The position numbers and the translations under genes are program-made. The notes beneath the pieces were generated by a model. It was given only the letters and a program-made list of their open reading frames with translations. It did not search any database and had not been told where the DNA came from. Shown here in pieces: positions 1-7,537 of a stretch of 27,538 bases of DNA (position 1 is its first letter; each line of letters begins with the position of its first letter). Source of the DNA: Chloroflexota bacterium (lineage in GTDB: Bacteria > Chloroflexota > Limnocylindria > Limnocylindrales > CSP1-4); assembly GCA_031401015.1 (NCBI GenBank), contig JANNQZ010000116.1, positions 1 through 27,538 on the forward strand. The letters are read 5' to 3'.

Positions 1-59
1 AGCAGCAGATGGTGGACAAGCACATCACCGAACTGCGCGGCAAGGCGAAAGTCGAATAG
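1..59 (+). CDS. 3' end of a CDS truncated by the window edge; possibly a PpiC/PrsA/SurA-type peptidyl-prolyl isomerase (foldase)
   Basis: The frame from nt 3 reads QQMVDKHITELRGKAKVE* (TAG at 57-59). An LRxKAKVE* ending is typical of parvulin-type foldases. Only 18 residues are visible. Confidence 0.45.
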   Translation, partial: QQMVDKHITELRGKAKVE

Positions 60-87
60 GGCCAACGTCTGTCGGCAACGCAAATTG

Positions 88-111
88 AGCGGGGGCTGCG
101 GCCCCCGTTTT
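88..111 (+). terminator. Rho-independent terminator
   Basis: Hairpin CGGGGGC-TGCG-GCCCCCG (90-107) followed by TTTT (108-111), about 30 nt after the TAG at 59. Confidence 0.8.
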
Positions 112-316
112 CATTTGGCCGACGCCTCCGACAACCTCTACATCGATTGCTCAACAACTGCCGTTTCATGGCAGATGCTGTTTCATTCGTCATTCGCATA
201 CGTCGCTGGATCTGCCACGGTCTCGATTGTGGCGGGCGCAGGGGGCGGAATCGTTCCCGGAGGGGAGCCGGACATAGATGAATTCACGACCGTCGTGCGA
301 CTGAGGGCCAAGTGAG

Positions 317-1099
317 ATGAAGCATCCGATCTCGGCCGTCCTCGCGGCGGCGCTCCTGATCTGTTCGGCGGGTATTGCCGTTGCCGCCAGCCCACCGGCA
401 AACGACAACTTCGCAGACGCAAGTTCTATAGCGCCACTTCCGTTCGCCCAGGTCGCCGACCTGTCGACCGCTACCACAGAAGCAGGCGAGAATCTCGACT
501 GCGGCTTCCCGTCCACGAAAACGGTCTGGTACCGCTACACACCCTCCGCGACCGAGCTTCTCTCCGTCGACATCGCGGGCAGTGATGCTGACGCCGGGTT
601 GCGCGTCTATTTCGATCACGGGTCCGGGCCGGGGCTCGCCTATTGCTGGCAATCCGGTCCGCTGTACCTAGGGGTTTCGACGAGCTTCACGACGTATTTC
701 CAGCTGAGTGTCGACACGGGTAGTCACGCGTCGCTCTCTGTCGTGAGTTTGCCGCTCCTAACCGTGACGGCGACGATCGACGGGGTCGGCCGACTCAACA
801 TGTCGACCGGCACGACAGTGTTTACGGGGACCATCACCTGCAACATGCCGGCGAATGCCTACGTCGGGTTATTGACCGCCTACCAGCGGCAGGGTCGGAA
901 GGTGGGCGTGGCTCAGGGTTACAGCGACACCGTCGCGTGCGGCACGACGCCAACGCCCTGGGCAGTGACGGCCTACGCTGGGCTTCAGCCCGGGAGCGCG
1001 GGCGTCGACTGGGAGGTCTCCGCCTACATCTTCGGTCCGCCCGACCAGTCGGCGACATTCAGGGGTGGCCCGGTCACGGTGAAGATCAAAGTCGGTTGA
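317..1099 (+). CDS. Secreted protein, 260 aa: PPANDNF-type N-terminal beta domain plus a C-terminal domain resembling DUF6299
   Basis: Sec signal peptide MKHPISAVLAAALLICSAGIAVA. PPANDNFADA motif and T...VWYRYT pattern. C-terminal TATIDGVGRL...TGTITC...ACGTTPTPW pattern with paired Cys. Confidence 0.75.
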   Translation: MKHPISAVLAAALLICSAGIAVAASPPANDNFADASSIAPLPFAQVADLSTATTEAGENLDCGFPSTKTVWYRYTPSATELLSVDIAGSDADAGLRVYFDHGSGPGLAYCWQSGPLYLGVSTSFTTYFQLSVDTGSHASLSVVSLPLLTVTATIDGVGRLNMSTGTTVFTGTITCNMPANAYVGLLTAYQRQGRKVGVAQGYSDTVACGTTPTPWAVTAYAGLQPGSAGVDWEVSAYIFGPPDQSATFRGGPVTVKIKVG

Positions 1100-1224
1100 G
1101 CTCCAGTCCCAGGGAACTGGCGGTCAACCGCCCCGAGTAGACTCACACCCGGCCCCGTTCCGGTCCCGCCGTCGCGATCACGCGCAAGCGTCCAGCCTCG
1201 ACGGGCCGACGGGGGGCCGTAGCA

Positions 1225-1270
1225 TGTACCCCTCAGTCGTACCCCTTACAGGGGCAAGACCGGGGGTACA
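1225..1270. repeat. GTACCCC repeat cluster; candidate integrase arm-type binding sites
   Basis: GTACCCCT at 1226-1233 and 1239-1246 (direct repeats, 13-nt period) and an inverted copy GGGGTACA at 1263-1270, about 60-100 nt upstream of a tRNA fragment. Confidence 0.5.
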
Positions 1271-1328
1271 CAGCGGACGTGGGTATACTCCATGCACGCT
1301 CACCACGGCCCGCTGAGCGTCCCTCAGA

Positions 1329-1377
1329 CTGACTTCGGATCAGAGGGTCGGGGGTTCGAATCCATTCGAACGGGCCA
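1329..1377 (+). pseudogene. 3' fragment of tRNA-Arg(UCG); probable attR-type attachment-site remnant
   Basis: Anticodon arm CTGA-CTTCGGA-TCAG (anticodon TCG at 1335-1337), variable region, GGGGG-TTCGAAT T-arm with an imperfect 3' strand (CCATT), then 7+1 nt and CCA at 1375-1377, which is correct tRNA spacing. No D-arm or 5' acceptor strand upstream. Confidence 0.75.
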
Positions 1378-1615
1378 CAAGCCAACGATGATGAACCGCG
1401 ACAGCCGCGGTGCGGCGACCTCATCAAGCTCGCGCGTCCGGCCATAACTGGGCTCAGCCTTGCCTCTCAAGCGTTCTACTGACATCCCCGGCCACGCTGG
1501 AATGCGGCGACTCGGATAGGGTGATGCCTGGAGCGCAGATCAGCCTTGACTAGTTGTAGTAGTCGCCGATCAGCCCGGCCAATTCACGCCCGGCCGATCA
1601 GCGGCAAGCGGGCGA

Positions 1616-2365
1616 TCAGCGTCGGGCGGGGGCCTTCGCGTTCGACTTCTGGGCGCCTGCCCCGCTCGATCCACGAGTGCGCCCGTCCCCGACTCGCTTG
1701 ACCGGCTGCTGGGGACGACGACCTCGATTCGGGCTGGTCAATTGGAGGAAGCGCTTGTACCAGGCGGCCGCCGAGGCAAAGACCGCGCCCATCACCGGTG
1801 ACAGCAGGATCGCCGAAAGCGCAACGTCCTGGATGGCCGCCGTGCTCGGGGCTGTAGGTGCTGCCCCTGGCGCCGAACCAAGCGCCCCGGGGACAAAGGT
1901 CAGGACGGCGATGTAGCAAATCGCCGCTACGACGCCCACGATCCCGCCGAGCAACCAGCTGGCCCGCGGCGCCAGGAAGCCCGCCAGGAAGACGCCACCG
2001 ATCGCGGGCGTCTGCACGAAGTAGGCGAACAGGAGCGCGGTGATCGGGTCCTTGCCGCCGGTTGCGATGACCGCGACAGTGCTCAGGACCGTGACGAGGA
2101 CCGGCAGCCAGAGGGCCTTGTTGAGAACGAGCGACGGCAGGACGGCAAGATCGTCACGGGCACGAAGCGGGCGGTACGCGGCGCGAAGGGCGGCGCCGAT
2201 CCCCATCCTTCGGGCGCTTCCATCCGGTCGCGGAGACGGGGCGGCGCGTTGTGGCTCGCCGTCCTCCGTCGATTCGTCGGTCCCGAGATCGGCTTCGTCG
2301 AGGGTCGCCCGATAGCGACGACGCGCGGCGGCTCGTTCGGACACAGTTCGTTTGGCGCGGGCCAC
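1616..2365 (-). CDS. Hypothetical membrane protein, ~249 aa, about 4 TM segments with basic disordered termini
   Basis: GTG at 2365 preceded by AGGAG with a 5-nt spacer (better than the ORF-track start at 2416). Hydrophobic stretches ALWLPVLVTVLSTVAVIA, WLLGGIVGVVAAICYIAVL and LSAILLSPVMGAVFASAAAWY. Confidence 0.8.
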   Translation of the reverse strand: MARAKRTVSERAAARRRYRATLDEADLGTDESTEDGEPQRAAPSPRPDGSARRMGIGAALRAAYRPLRARDDLAVLPSLVLNKALWLPVLVTVLSTVAVIATGGKDPITALLFAYFVQTPAIGGVFLAGFLAPRASWLLGGIVGVVAAICYIAVLTFVPGALGSAPGAAPTAPSTAAIQDVALSAILLSPVMGAVFASAAAWYKRFLQLTSPNRGRRPQQPVKRVGDGRTRGSSGAGAQKSNAKAPARR

Positions 2366-2401
2366 GGTATCTCCTGTCGGATGGACTCGGATGTGGCGCG
2401 C

Positions 2402-2407
2402 ATCGTA
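2402..2407 (-). promoter_or_regulatory. Candidate -10 element (TACGAT) for the 2365 gene
   Basis: The same hexamer occurs in the hrcA and rpsT promoters. No convincing -35. Confidence 0.35.
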
Positions 2408-2480
2408 GACGAACACCGGGGTAGCTGCCGCCGGCGCCCATGGTTTGATCGCAGATAAGTGCCGGTGAAGCGGCCGCGCG

Positions 2481-2486
2481 TATAAC
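2481..2486 (+). promoter_or_regulatory. Candidate -10 element (TATAAC) for the large surface-protein gene
   Basis: AT-rich hexamer in a GC-rich divergent intergenic region about 45 nt before the ATG at 2531. RBS GGGAGG precedes that ATG. Confidence 0.35.
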
Positions 2487-2530
2487 TGAGCCTGCCCCGC
2501 CGCGCATCCCGTCCCGCCGGGAGGTCACCG

Positions 2531-5500
2531 ATGAATCGTGCCCGGCGCGCGGGTCTGACCGCGCTCATCGTCGTTGCCATGGCTACCGTCGCGATCGGAC
2601 CCGGTGGGCTTCCAGCCCTCGCGGCGGCCGTGGCCTGGCCAACGTCCACGCTCGTGCTGTCAGAGGTTCAGACCGGCGGAGCCTCTGCGTCCGACGAATT
2701 CGTCGAGGTCGCCAACCAGGGATTGATGTCCGTCGACCTGCTCGGGCTAGAGGTGGTCTATGCGACCTCGTCGGGTTCAACGGTGACGCGCAAAGCCAGC
2801 TGGGGCGCCTCGACGGTCCTGGCCCCAGGTCAGCGCCTGCTCGTCGCCAACACCGCCGGCCTTCACGCGGCCGGAGCGGATGCCATCTACTCCGGTGGCT
2901 TTGCGGCGACCGGCGGCGCAATCGCCCTGCGGATTGTGGGTGGCGCCGTGGTCGATTCGATTGGCTGGGGGGATGCCACGAGCGGCTTTGTGGAGGGGTC
3001 GGCCGCTGCCGCTCCGCCGGCCGCCTCGAGCCTGGAGCGGCGGGCCGGGGCGGCCCTCGGAAACACGATCGATACGAACGACAACGCCGCCGACTGGTTC
3101 GTCCAGGGGACGCCGTCGCCGCAGGGCCTGACCGCTCCACCGGTCCCGGGCCCAGGGGGGACTCAGACGCCGACCCCCTCCGCGACGCCGACCCCGCCGG
3201 TACCGACTCCCACCCTGACACCTGATCCGACTCCCACCCCGACACCGGATCCGACGGCGAGCCCGACACCCGAGCCGACACCCGAGCCAACGCCCACGCC
3301 GACTCCGGCACCGACGCCAACACCGACGCCAACACCGACGCCAACACCCACGCCAACCCCGTCGCCGTCGCCGATTGCTAGTCCGACACCGTCGCCGACC
3401 CCGGCGCCTACGCCCGTGGCGATTGCCAGCGCCCGTGCGTTTTCTGACGGCACGATCGTGTCGCTTGCGGGCGTCCTGACGACCGACCTCGGGAGCGTTG
3501 AGGCCGGTCGAGGCGGGTTCATCCAGGATTCCTCGGGCGGCATCGCGCTCTATCTCGACGCGACCGTGAGCGGAACCTGGCCGGCGGGCACGATCGTGGT
3601 CGTCACGGGCTCGATCTCGAGCCGGTTCTCGCAGCGAACCGTGCGTCTCGCTGAGTCTGCGATGGACCGCGGAAGTGCTAGCGGCCTACCGGCGCCGGTC
3701 GCGGTGGGTACCGGCTCCGCGGGTGAATCGCTCGAAGGGCGCCGCATCACGGTAGCGGGCACGATCATTGGTTCGCCGTCGGCGCTGGCTGATGGAACCG
3801 GGATCACCATCGACGACGGATCCGGTCCGCTCCGGGTCGTCATCGGACCTGAGGCGCTCGCGGGGCAGGCCGTCGGCTCGGGGATGACCGCCGTGATCAC
3901 GGGACCACTCGGACAACGGGATAGCAGCGGGACCGGCACGGCCGGGTATCGCGTCCATGCCACGCTCGCGGGCGAGCTTCTCGCGACGCCGGAACCGACG
4001 CCCACGCCAACGCCCGCGCCGAGCCCGTCACCGATACCAACACCGACGCCGTCAGCGGAGCCGAGTCCGACCTCAACGCCCAACCCGACGCCGACGGGGA
4101 CGCCGACGCCGAGTTCGACGCCAGGCCAATCGCAGTCGATCGCCGTCGTGCGGTCGCTGCCGATCGGTACCCGAGTGGATGTCACCGGTGTGGTCACCGC
4201 GGAACAGGGCAGGCTGGGAACGCCGGCGCTCATCGCGATTTCGGACGAGACCGCCGGAATTGCCGTCCGACTCCCCAACGAAATGGTCGGGCAATCGCGG
4301 GGCACGCTCGTAGCGGTCACCGGCACGCTTGCCGATCCGTACGGGCAGCTCGAAATTCGCATCGCGACCGATGGCATCCGCGCGATCGGCACCGGCACCG
4401 TACCCACGCCGATCGACGCGGGGGGGAGCGGCCTTGACGAGATGGTCGAGGGACGCATGATGACCGCCACCGGCATCCTGACCACCAAGCCCAAGCGATC
4501 CTCCGGTGGTGACCTGACGATCATCCTGGAGCGACCCGGGGTGGCCCCGATCAAGGCGATCGCTGACGCCTCCAGCGGGCTCGGCGTCGACGCGTTCACG
4601 GTCGGGGCGACCTACCGGGTCGTCGGTGTCGTCGGGCAACGAGCGAGCCGCAAGGGTGTCCTTGACGGTTACCGGATCTGCCTGCGCGACCCGGCGGATG
4701 CGATTGCGCTGGCTGGCCTGGGTTTGCAGGGACCCGCGACCACCACGACGGGAGTGGCGACCCCGAGCGGCGCCGCAGGACCGCTGGGCCCTGGCTCAGC
4801 GTCGGCCTCCGTGACCCGGATCGCGGCGGCGCTCGGTCTCGTCGACCAACACGTCGCGATCGAGGGCGTCGTGACCGCGCCGGCGACCCTGCTCGACACC
4901 ACCGGCCGCCGAATCGTTGTCCAGGATGCGTCCGGAGCGATCGAACTCCTGCTCCCGATCGGTGTCGATGCGCCGACAGTCGGCGCCGCGATCCGCGCCG
5001 ATGGTCGGGTTGGGGTCGCGTATGGAGCACCTCGGCTCCGGACGGACCAGCTGACGATCCTCGGCCGCGGCCAGGTTCCGGCTCCGGTCGTCCTCCGCGG
5101 CGCACCGGGTCTCGCTGTTGAGTGGCGAGTCGTTGCGGTCAGCGGTCGAATTGAGAATGTCCGCAAGTTCGGTGATCGCTGGCGAGCGGAGGTGCTGGTC
5201 GCAGCCACCAGCGTCATCGTCGTCGGTCAGGCCGGATCGGGGATTGCCGCTGACACGCTGGTCGAAGGTCGGATGGCGAACGTGACCGGGATCGCGCGGC
5301 GACCCAATCCGAGTGCCTCGGACCAACGCTACGTCATCACGCCGCGATTTCCCGCCGACCTGCGCGTCATTGGGATGGCGACCGCCGGTTCGTCTGGCAG
5401 ATCGTCTGGCGGGCCGTCCGGCGGGCGCACGGCCGGCGCCGGATTCGCGGGCGCGGGCGCCGGTGCCGGACCCGGGGCCAACGTCGGTGGCACCTCGGGC

Positions 5501-6151
5501 GCTACGGGACCCGCCGAGGCCACGGGCGAAGCCCCGCCGCATGGTGTCCCGGATGCGGACATGGTCGACCTCGGGTTGTTCGTGGGTCAGACCGTACGGG
5601 TCGGCGGCTTGATCGTCGACCTTCGCCCCGACGGACTCGCGCTCGATGACGGGACGGCGATCGGGTTCGTCGTCCTGCGCGGGAAGGCGCTCGACCTCCT
5701 CGCGCTCATGGAGCCAGACGACGCCATCAATGTGACCGGCCAAGTCGAGCTCGGGCCAGACGGCCTGGCGGTCGTGGCGGACGATCCGGGCGGGATCAGC
5801 CAGGCAGGCGACCCGATTCCGCCAGCCGAAGCCCGGCCCGCCGACGGAGTCGCACGCGACTCCCGCGGGGCGCGCGCTGAGGCCGGTCCCCTCGAGTCCG
5901 CTTCACTGTCCATCCAGGGCGCCGGCTTCCTCGACGGGCCGCTGGACCCTGGCGCAGGGATTGCCGGCATCGGGAGCCTGATTGCCATCTCGATGGTCTC
6001 GCTGATCGTGTCACTCAGTCGGAGGGCGCTTGCGCGACGTCGCCTGGATGCCAGGATCGCCGCACGCGTTGCCGCCATTGGGGCCTCCCGCGACCCTGCA
6101 TCCGTGCCACGCTCGGGCGAGCGCGGCGGCAATCCGTTCCACTCGGCTTGA
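2531..6151 (+). CDS. Large membrane-anchored surface protein, 1206 aa: signal peptide, lamin-tail domain (LTD), Pro/Thr linkers, about 7 OB-fold-like repeats, C-terminal TM helix and basic tail
   Basis: RBS GGGAGG. LTD motifs LVLSEV...[21 protein letters not shown] and DTNDNAADW. Repeats of the type V.GV.T...IQD.SGGI...G..V.VTG. TM segment [20 protein letters not shown] followed by an RR-rich tail. Confidence 0.85.
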   Translation: MNRARRAGLTALIVVAMATVAIGPGGLPALAAAVAWPTSTLVLSEVQTGGASASDEFVEVANQGLMSVDLLGLEVVYATSSGSTVTRKASWGASTVLAPGQRLLVANTAGLHAAGADAIYSGGFAATGGAIALRIVGGAVVDSIGWGDATSGFVEGSAAAAPPAASSLERRAGAALGNTIDTNDNAADWFVQGTPSPQGLTAPPVPGPGGTQTPTPSATPTPPVPTPTLTPDPTPTPTPDPTASPTPEPTPEPTPTPTPAPTPTPTPTPTPTPTPTPSPSPIASPTPSPTPAPTPVAIASARAFSDGTIVSLAGVLTTDLGSVEAGRGGFIQDSSGGIALYLDATVSGTWPAGTIVVVTGSISSRFSQRTVRLAESAMDRGSASGLPAPVAVGTGSAGESLEGRRITVAGTIIGSPSALADGTGITIDDGSGPLRVVIGPEALAGQAVGSGMTAVITGPLGQRDSSGTGTAGYRVHATLAGELLATPEPTPTPTPAPSPSPIPTPTPSAEPSPTSTPNPTPTGTPTPSSTPGQSQSIAVVRSLPIGTRVDVTGVVTAEQGRLGTPALIAISDETAGIAVRLPNEMVGQSRGTLVAVTGTLADPYGQLEIRIATDGIRAIGTGTVPTPIDAGGSGLDEMVEGRMMTATGILTTKPKRSSGGDLTIILERPGVAPIKAIADASSGLGVDAFTVGATYRVVGVVGQRASRKGVLDGYRICLRDPADAIALAGLGLQGPATTTTGVATPSGAAGPLGPGSASASVTRIAAALGLVDQHVAIEGVVTAPATLLDTTGRRIVVQDASGAIELLLPIGVDAPTVGAAIRADGRVGVAYGAPRLRTDQLTILGRGQVPAPVVLRGAPGLAVEWRVVAVSGRIENVRKFGDRWRAEVLVAATSVIVVGQAGSGIAADTLVEGRMANVTGIARRPNPSASDQRYVITPRFPADLRVIGMATAGSSGRSSGGPSGGRTAGAGFAGAGAGAGPGANVGGTSGATGPAEATGEAPPHGVPDADMVDLGLFVGQTVRVGGLIVDLRPDGLALDDGTAIGFVVLRGKALDLLALMEPDDAINVTGQVELGPDGLAVVADDPGGISQAGDPIPPAEARPADGVARDSRGARAEAGPLESASLSIQGAGFLDGPLDPGAGIAGIGSLIAISMVSLIVSLSRRALARRRLDARIAARVAAIGASRDPASVPRSGERGGNPFHSA
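3161..3418 (+). repeat. Pro/Thr low-complexity linker 1, including the 12-bp tandem repeat CCGACGCCAACA x3 plus 1 imperfect copy (3311-3358)
   Basis: Encodes a (PT)n run. The exact 12-mers are at 3311-3322, 3323-3334 and 3335-3346. Confidence 0.85.
3986..4123 (+). repeat. Pro/Thr/Ser low-complexity linker 2
   Basis: Encodes [23 protein letters not shown]...TP between OB-repeat pairs. Confidence 0.8.
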
Positions 6152-6177
6152 CGCTCGTGAGAACGCGGGGCTATCCT
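6148..6177 (+). promoter_or_regulatory. Sigma70-type promoter overlapping the stop codon of the surface-protein gene
   Basis: TTGACG (6148-6153), 18-nt spacer, TATCCT (6172-6177), about 50 nt upstream of the phosphorylase start. Confidence 0.6.
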
Positions 6178-6226
6178 CCGGCGAGTTTCGCGCTTGCGAG
6201 GCAACCAGCTGAGCGAGGGATGGGTC

Positions 6227-7099
6227 TTGCCGAACGCGGATCACCGCGTCGAAACCCCGTTGGATCGCCGGATCGCAATTGCATCGGGCGAACGGCAGTA
6301 CCACATCGACCTCGGTCCAGGGGAACTGGCCGAGTACATCCTCCTCCCCGGTGACCCCGACAGAACTTCCCGGATCGCCGCTCGATTCGATTCGATCGAG
6401 CTCGAGCGGCGGCACCGTGAATTCGCCTCGGTCACCGGGCAGTATCGGGGCCATCGAGTGTCGGTCGTCTCGACCGGCATCGGCACGGACAACGTCGAGA
6501 TCGTCATGGCGGAGATCCTCGCCATCACCGATCGGCCGACGCTCATCCGGGTCGGCTCCTGCGGAGCGCTCCAGCCGGAGATGACCCTGGGCGACCTGGT
6601 CATCACCACGGGTGCCGTCCGCCTCGAATCGACGACCAGCTTCTTCGTCCACGATGGGTACCCCGCGGTTGCCGATTACGAGGCGGTCGCGGCCCTCATC
6701 GAGGCGGCCGAGCGGCTTGGTCACCGGTATCACGTCGGGATCACCGCGACAGCTCCGGGATTCTTTGGGGCGCAGGGGCGACCCATTCCGCAGCTGCCCA
6801 TCCGGTACCCTGACCTCGCGGAGGAAATGGCGCGCCAGCGCGTCATGAACTTCGAGATGGAGGCATCGGCGCTTCTCGTCCTCTCGTCCCTCGCTCGCTG
6901 TCGAGCTGGCGTCGTCTGTGCGGTCTTTGCCGACCGGACGACGGGAGACTTCGTCAACGGCAACCAGAAGGACGAGGCCGAGGCGGCGTGTGTTGAGACC
7001 GGGCTGGAAAGCCTCCTCATCCTCGCCGACATGGATCTACGCAAGCATGAAGCCGGGACGGACCGCTGGCGGCCGTCACTCTGGAAGCACTCGGTCTAG
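6227..7099 (+). CDS. udp: Nucleoside phosphorylase, uridine phosphorylase-like (PNP_UDP_1 family)
   Basis: Motifs QYHI, LLPGDPDR, STGIG, RVGSCGALQ and NFEME. TTG at 6227 with GAGGGA upstream is preferred over 6194. Substrate specificity is not certain. Confidence 0.8.
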   Translation: MPNADHRVETPLDRRIAIASGERQYHIDLGPGELAEYILLPGDPDRTSRIAARFDSIELERRHREFASVTGQYRGHRVSVVSTGIGTDNVEIVMAEILAITDRPTLIRVGSCGALQPEMTLGDLVITTGAVRLESTTSFFVHDGYPAVADYEAVAALIEAAERLGHRYHVGITATAPGFFGAQGRPIPQLPIRYPDLAEEMARQRVMNFEMEASALLVLSSLARCRAGVVCAVFADRTTGDFVNGNQKDEAEAACVETGLESLLILADMDLRKHEAGTDRWRPSLWKHSV

Positions 7100-7170
7100 T
7101 CAGGAGCCGCTGAGCGGATGCGGGACATGGGTTCCCGCGACGCGTCACGAAGGTCAAGGAGGAGCCACAA

Positions 7171-7311
7171 ATGGCCCAGGCGTATTGTGTCAAGGACAAG
7201 CAGAAGGTCGAAATTCAGGGCGCCAAGCAGATCACGATGAAGAATGGCAAGCCCGCCACCCAGGGGACCTGCCCGATCTGCAGCGGAAAGGTCTTCCGCA
7301 TCGGCGGCTGA
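7171..7311 (+). CDS. Small zinc-ribbon protein, DUF5679-like, 46 aa (not in the ORF track)
   Basis: Translated by hand: [55 protein letters not shown] at 7158-7163, high-GC codon usage, own downstream terminator. Confidence 0.85.
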   Translation: MAQAYCVKDKQKVEIQGAKQITMKNGKPATQGTCPICSGKVFRIGG

Positions 7312-7334
7312 TCCGCCTCCGGCACATGGAGTGA

Positions 7335-7368
7335 CAGGACCCTCGCCGACGGCGGGGGTCCTGCCTTT
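7335..7368 (+). terminator. Intrinsic terminator after the zinc-ribbon gene
   Basis: 13-bp stem CAGGACCCTCGCC/GGCGGGGGTCCTG (one G-U pair), GAC loop, short CCTTT tail. Confidence 0.65.
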
Positions 7369-7395
7369 CCCGCCTGAAGGACCCTATCCGCCCTT

Positions 7396-7404
7396 TGGTA
7401 GAAT
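7396..7404 (+). promoter_or_regulatory. Extended -10 promoter (TGgTAGAAT) for gap-pgk-eno
   Basis: TG-n-TAGAAT just after the terminator, about 130 nt upstream of the gap ATG. Confidence 0.55.
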
Positions 7405-7537
7405 GCCCGCGCATCCTTGGAGGCGCGGCCTGCGGGTCCTGCCGGTGACGGCGATCGGCTTCGTCGCCTCCTCCCCGTCATCGATCGCGTCCGCCCCACC
7501 CGGCCGGACGCCCCAGCCAGCCTGGAGGCTTCGAACC

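Noticed and set aside
85-315. 76-aa ORF containing a DASDNLYI segment reminiscent of an NHL repeat
   Set aside because: It starts inside the terminator hairpin, has no RBS, and the similarity covers only about 8 residues.
1103-1132. Two overlapping small hairpins after the secreted-protein gene
   Set aside because: Short stems and no U-tract; cannot be supported as a terminator.
1295-1377. Intact tRNA-Arg gene
   Set aside because: No D-arm or 5' acceptor strand can be folded upstream of the anticodon stem, and the T-stem has a mismatch.
1233-1445. 70-aa minus-strand ORF
   Set aside because: It is the antisense reading of the tRNA fragment (IRTPDPLIRSQ is the typical reverse-tRNA translation), not a gene.
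1381-1483. tmRNA-like tag frame beginning GCC AAC GAT (ANDDE...)
   Set aside because: The frame is too long, does not end in an ALAA/LAA-type degron, and has no tmRNA acceptor-stem ends.
1550-1590. Minus-strand RELAGLIGDYYN* resembling the C-terminal LGGL..EY motif of integrase-core transposases
   Set aside because: Only about 12 codons with an in-frame stop just upstream; too little to call an IS remnant.
3161-4123. CRISPR-like or mobile repeat array
   Set aside because: The repeats are in-frame Pro/Thr codons inside a CDS, with no unique spacers and no cas genes.
2583-5743. Long antisense ORFs over the surface-protein gene (e.g. 2583-3356, 3550-4599, 4796-5743)
   Set aside because: Shadow ORFs expected from high-GC codon bias; no RBS or recognisable motifs.
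7244-7537. N-terminal extensions proposed by the ORF track (gap from 7244; likewise eamA 12380, hrcA 17552, tetR 22392, menD 25093, hemW 16134)
   Set aside because: They run through terminators, promoters or neighbouring genes. Downstream starts have an RBS or stop/start coupling and match normal family lengths.
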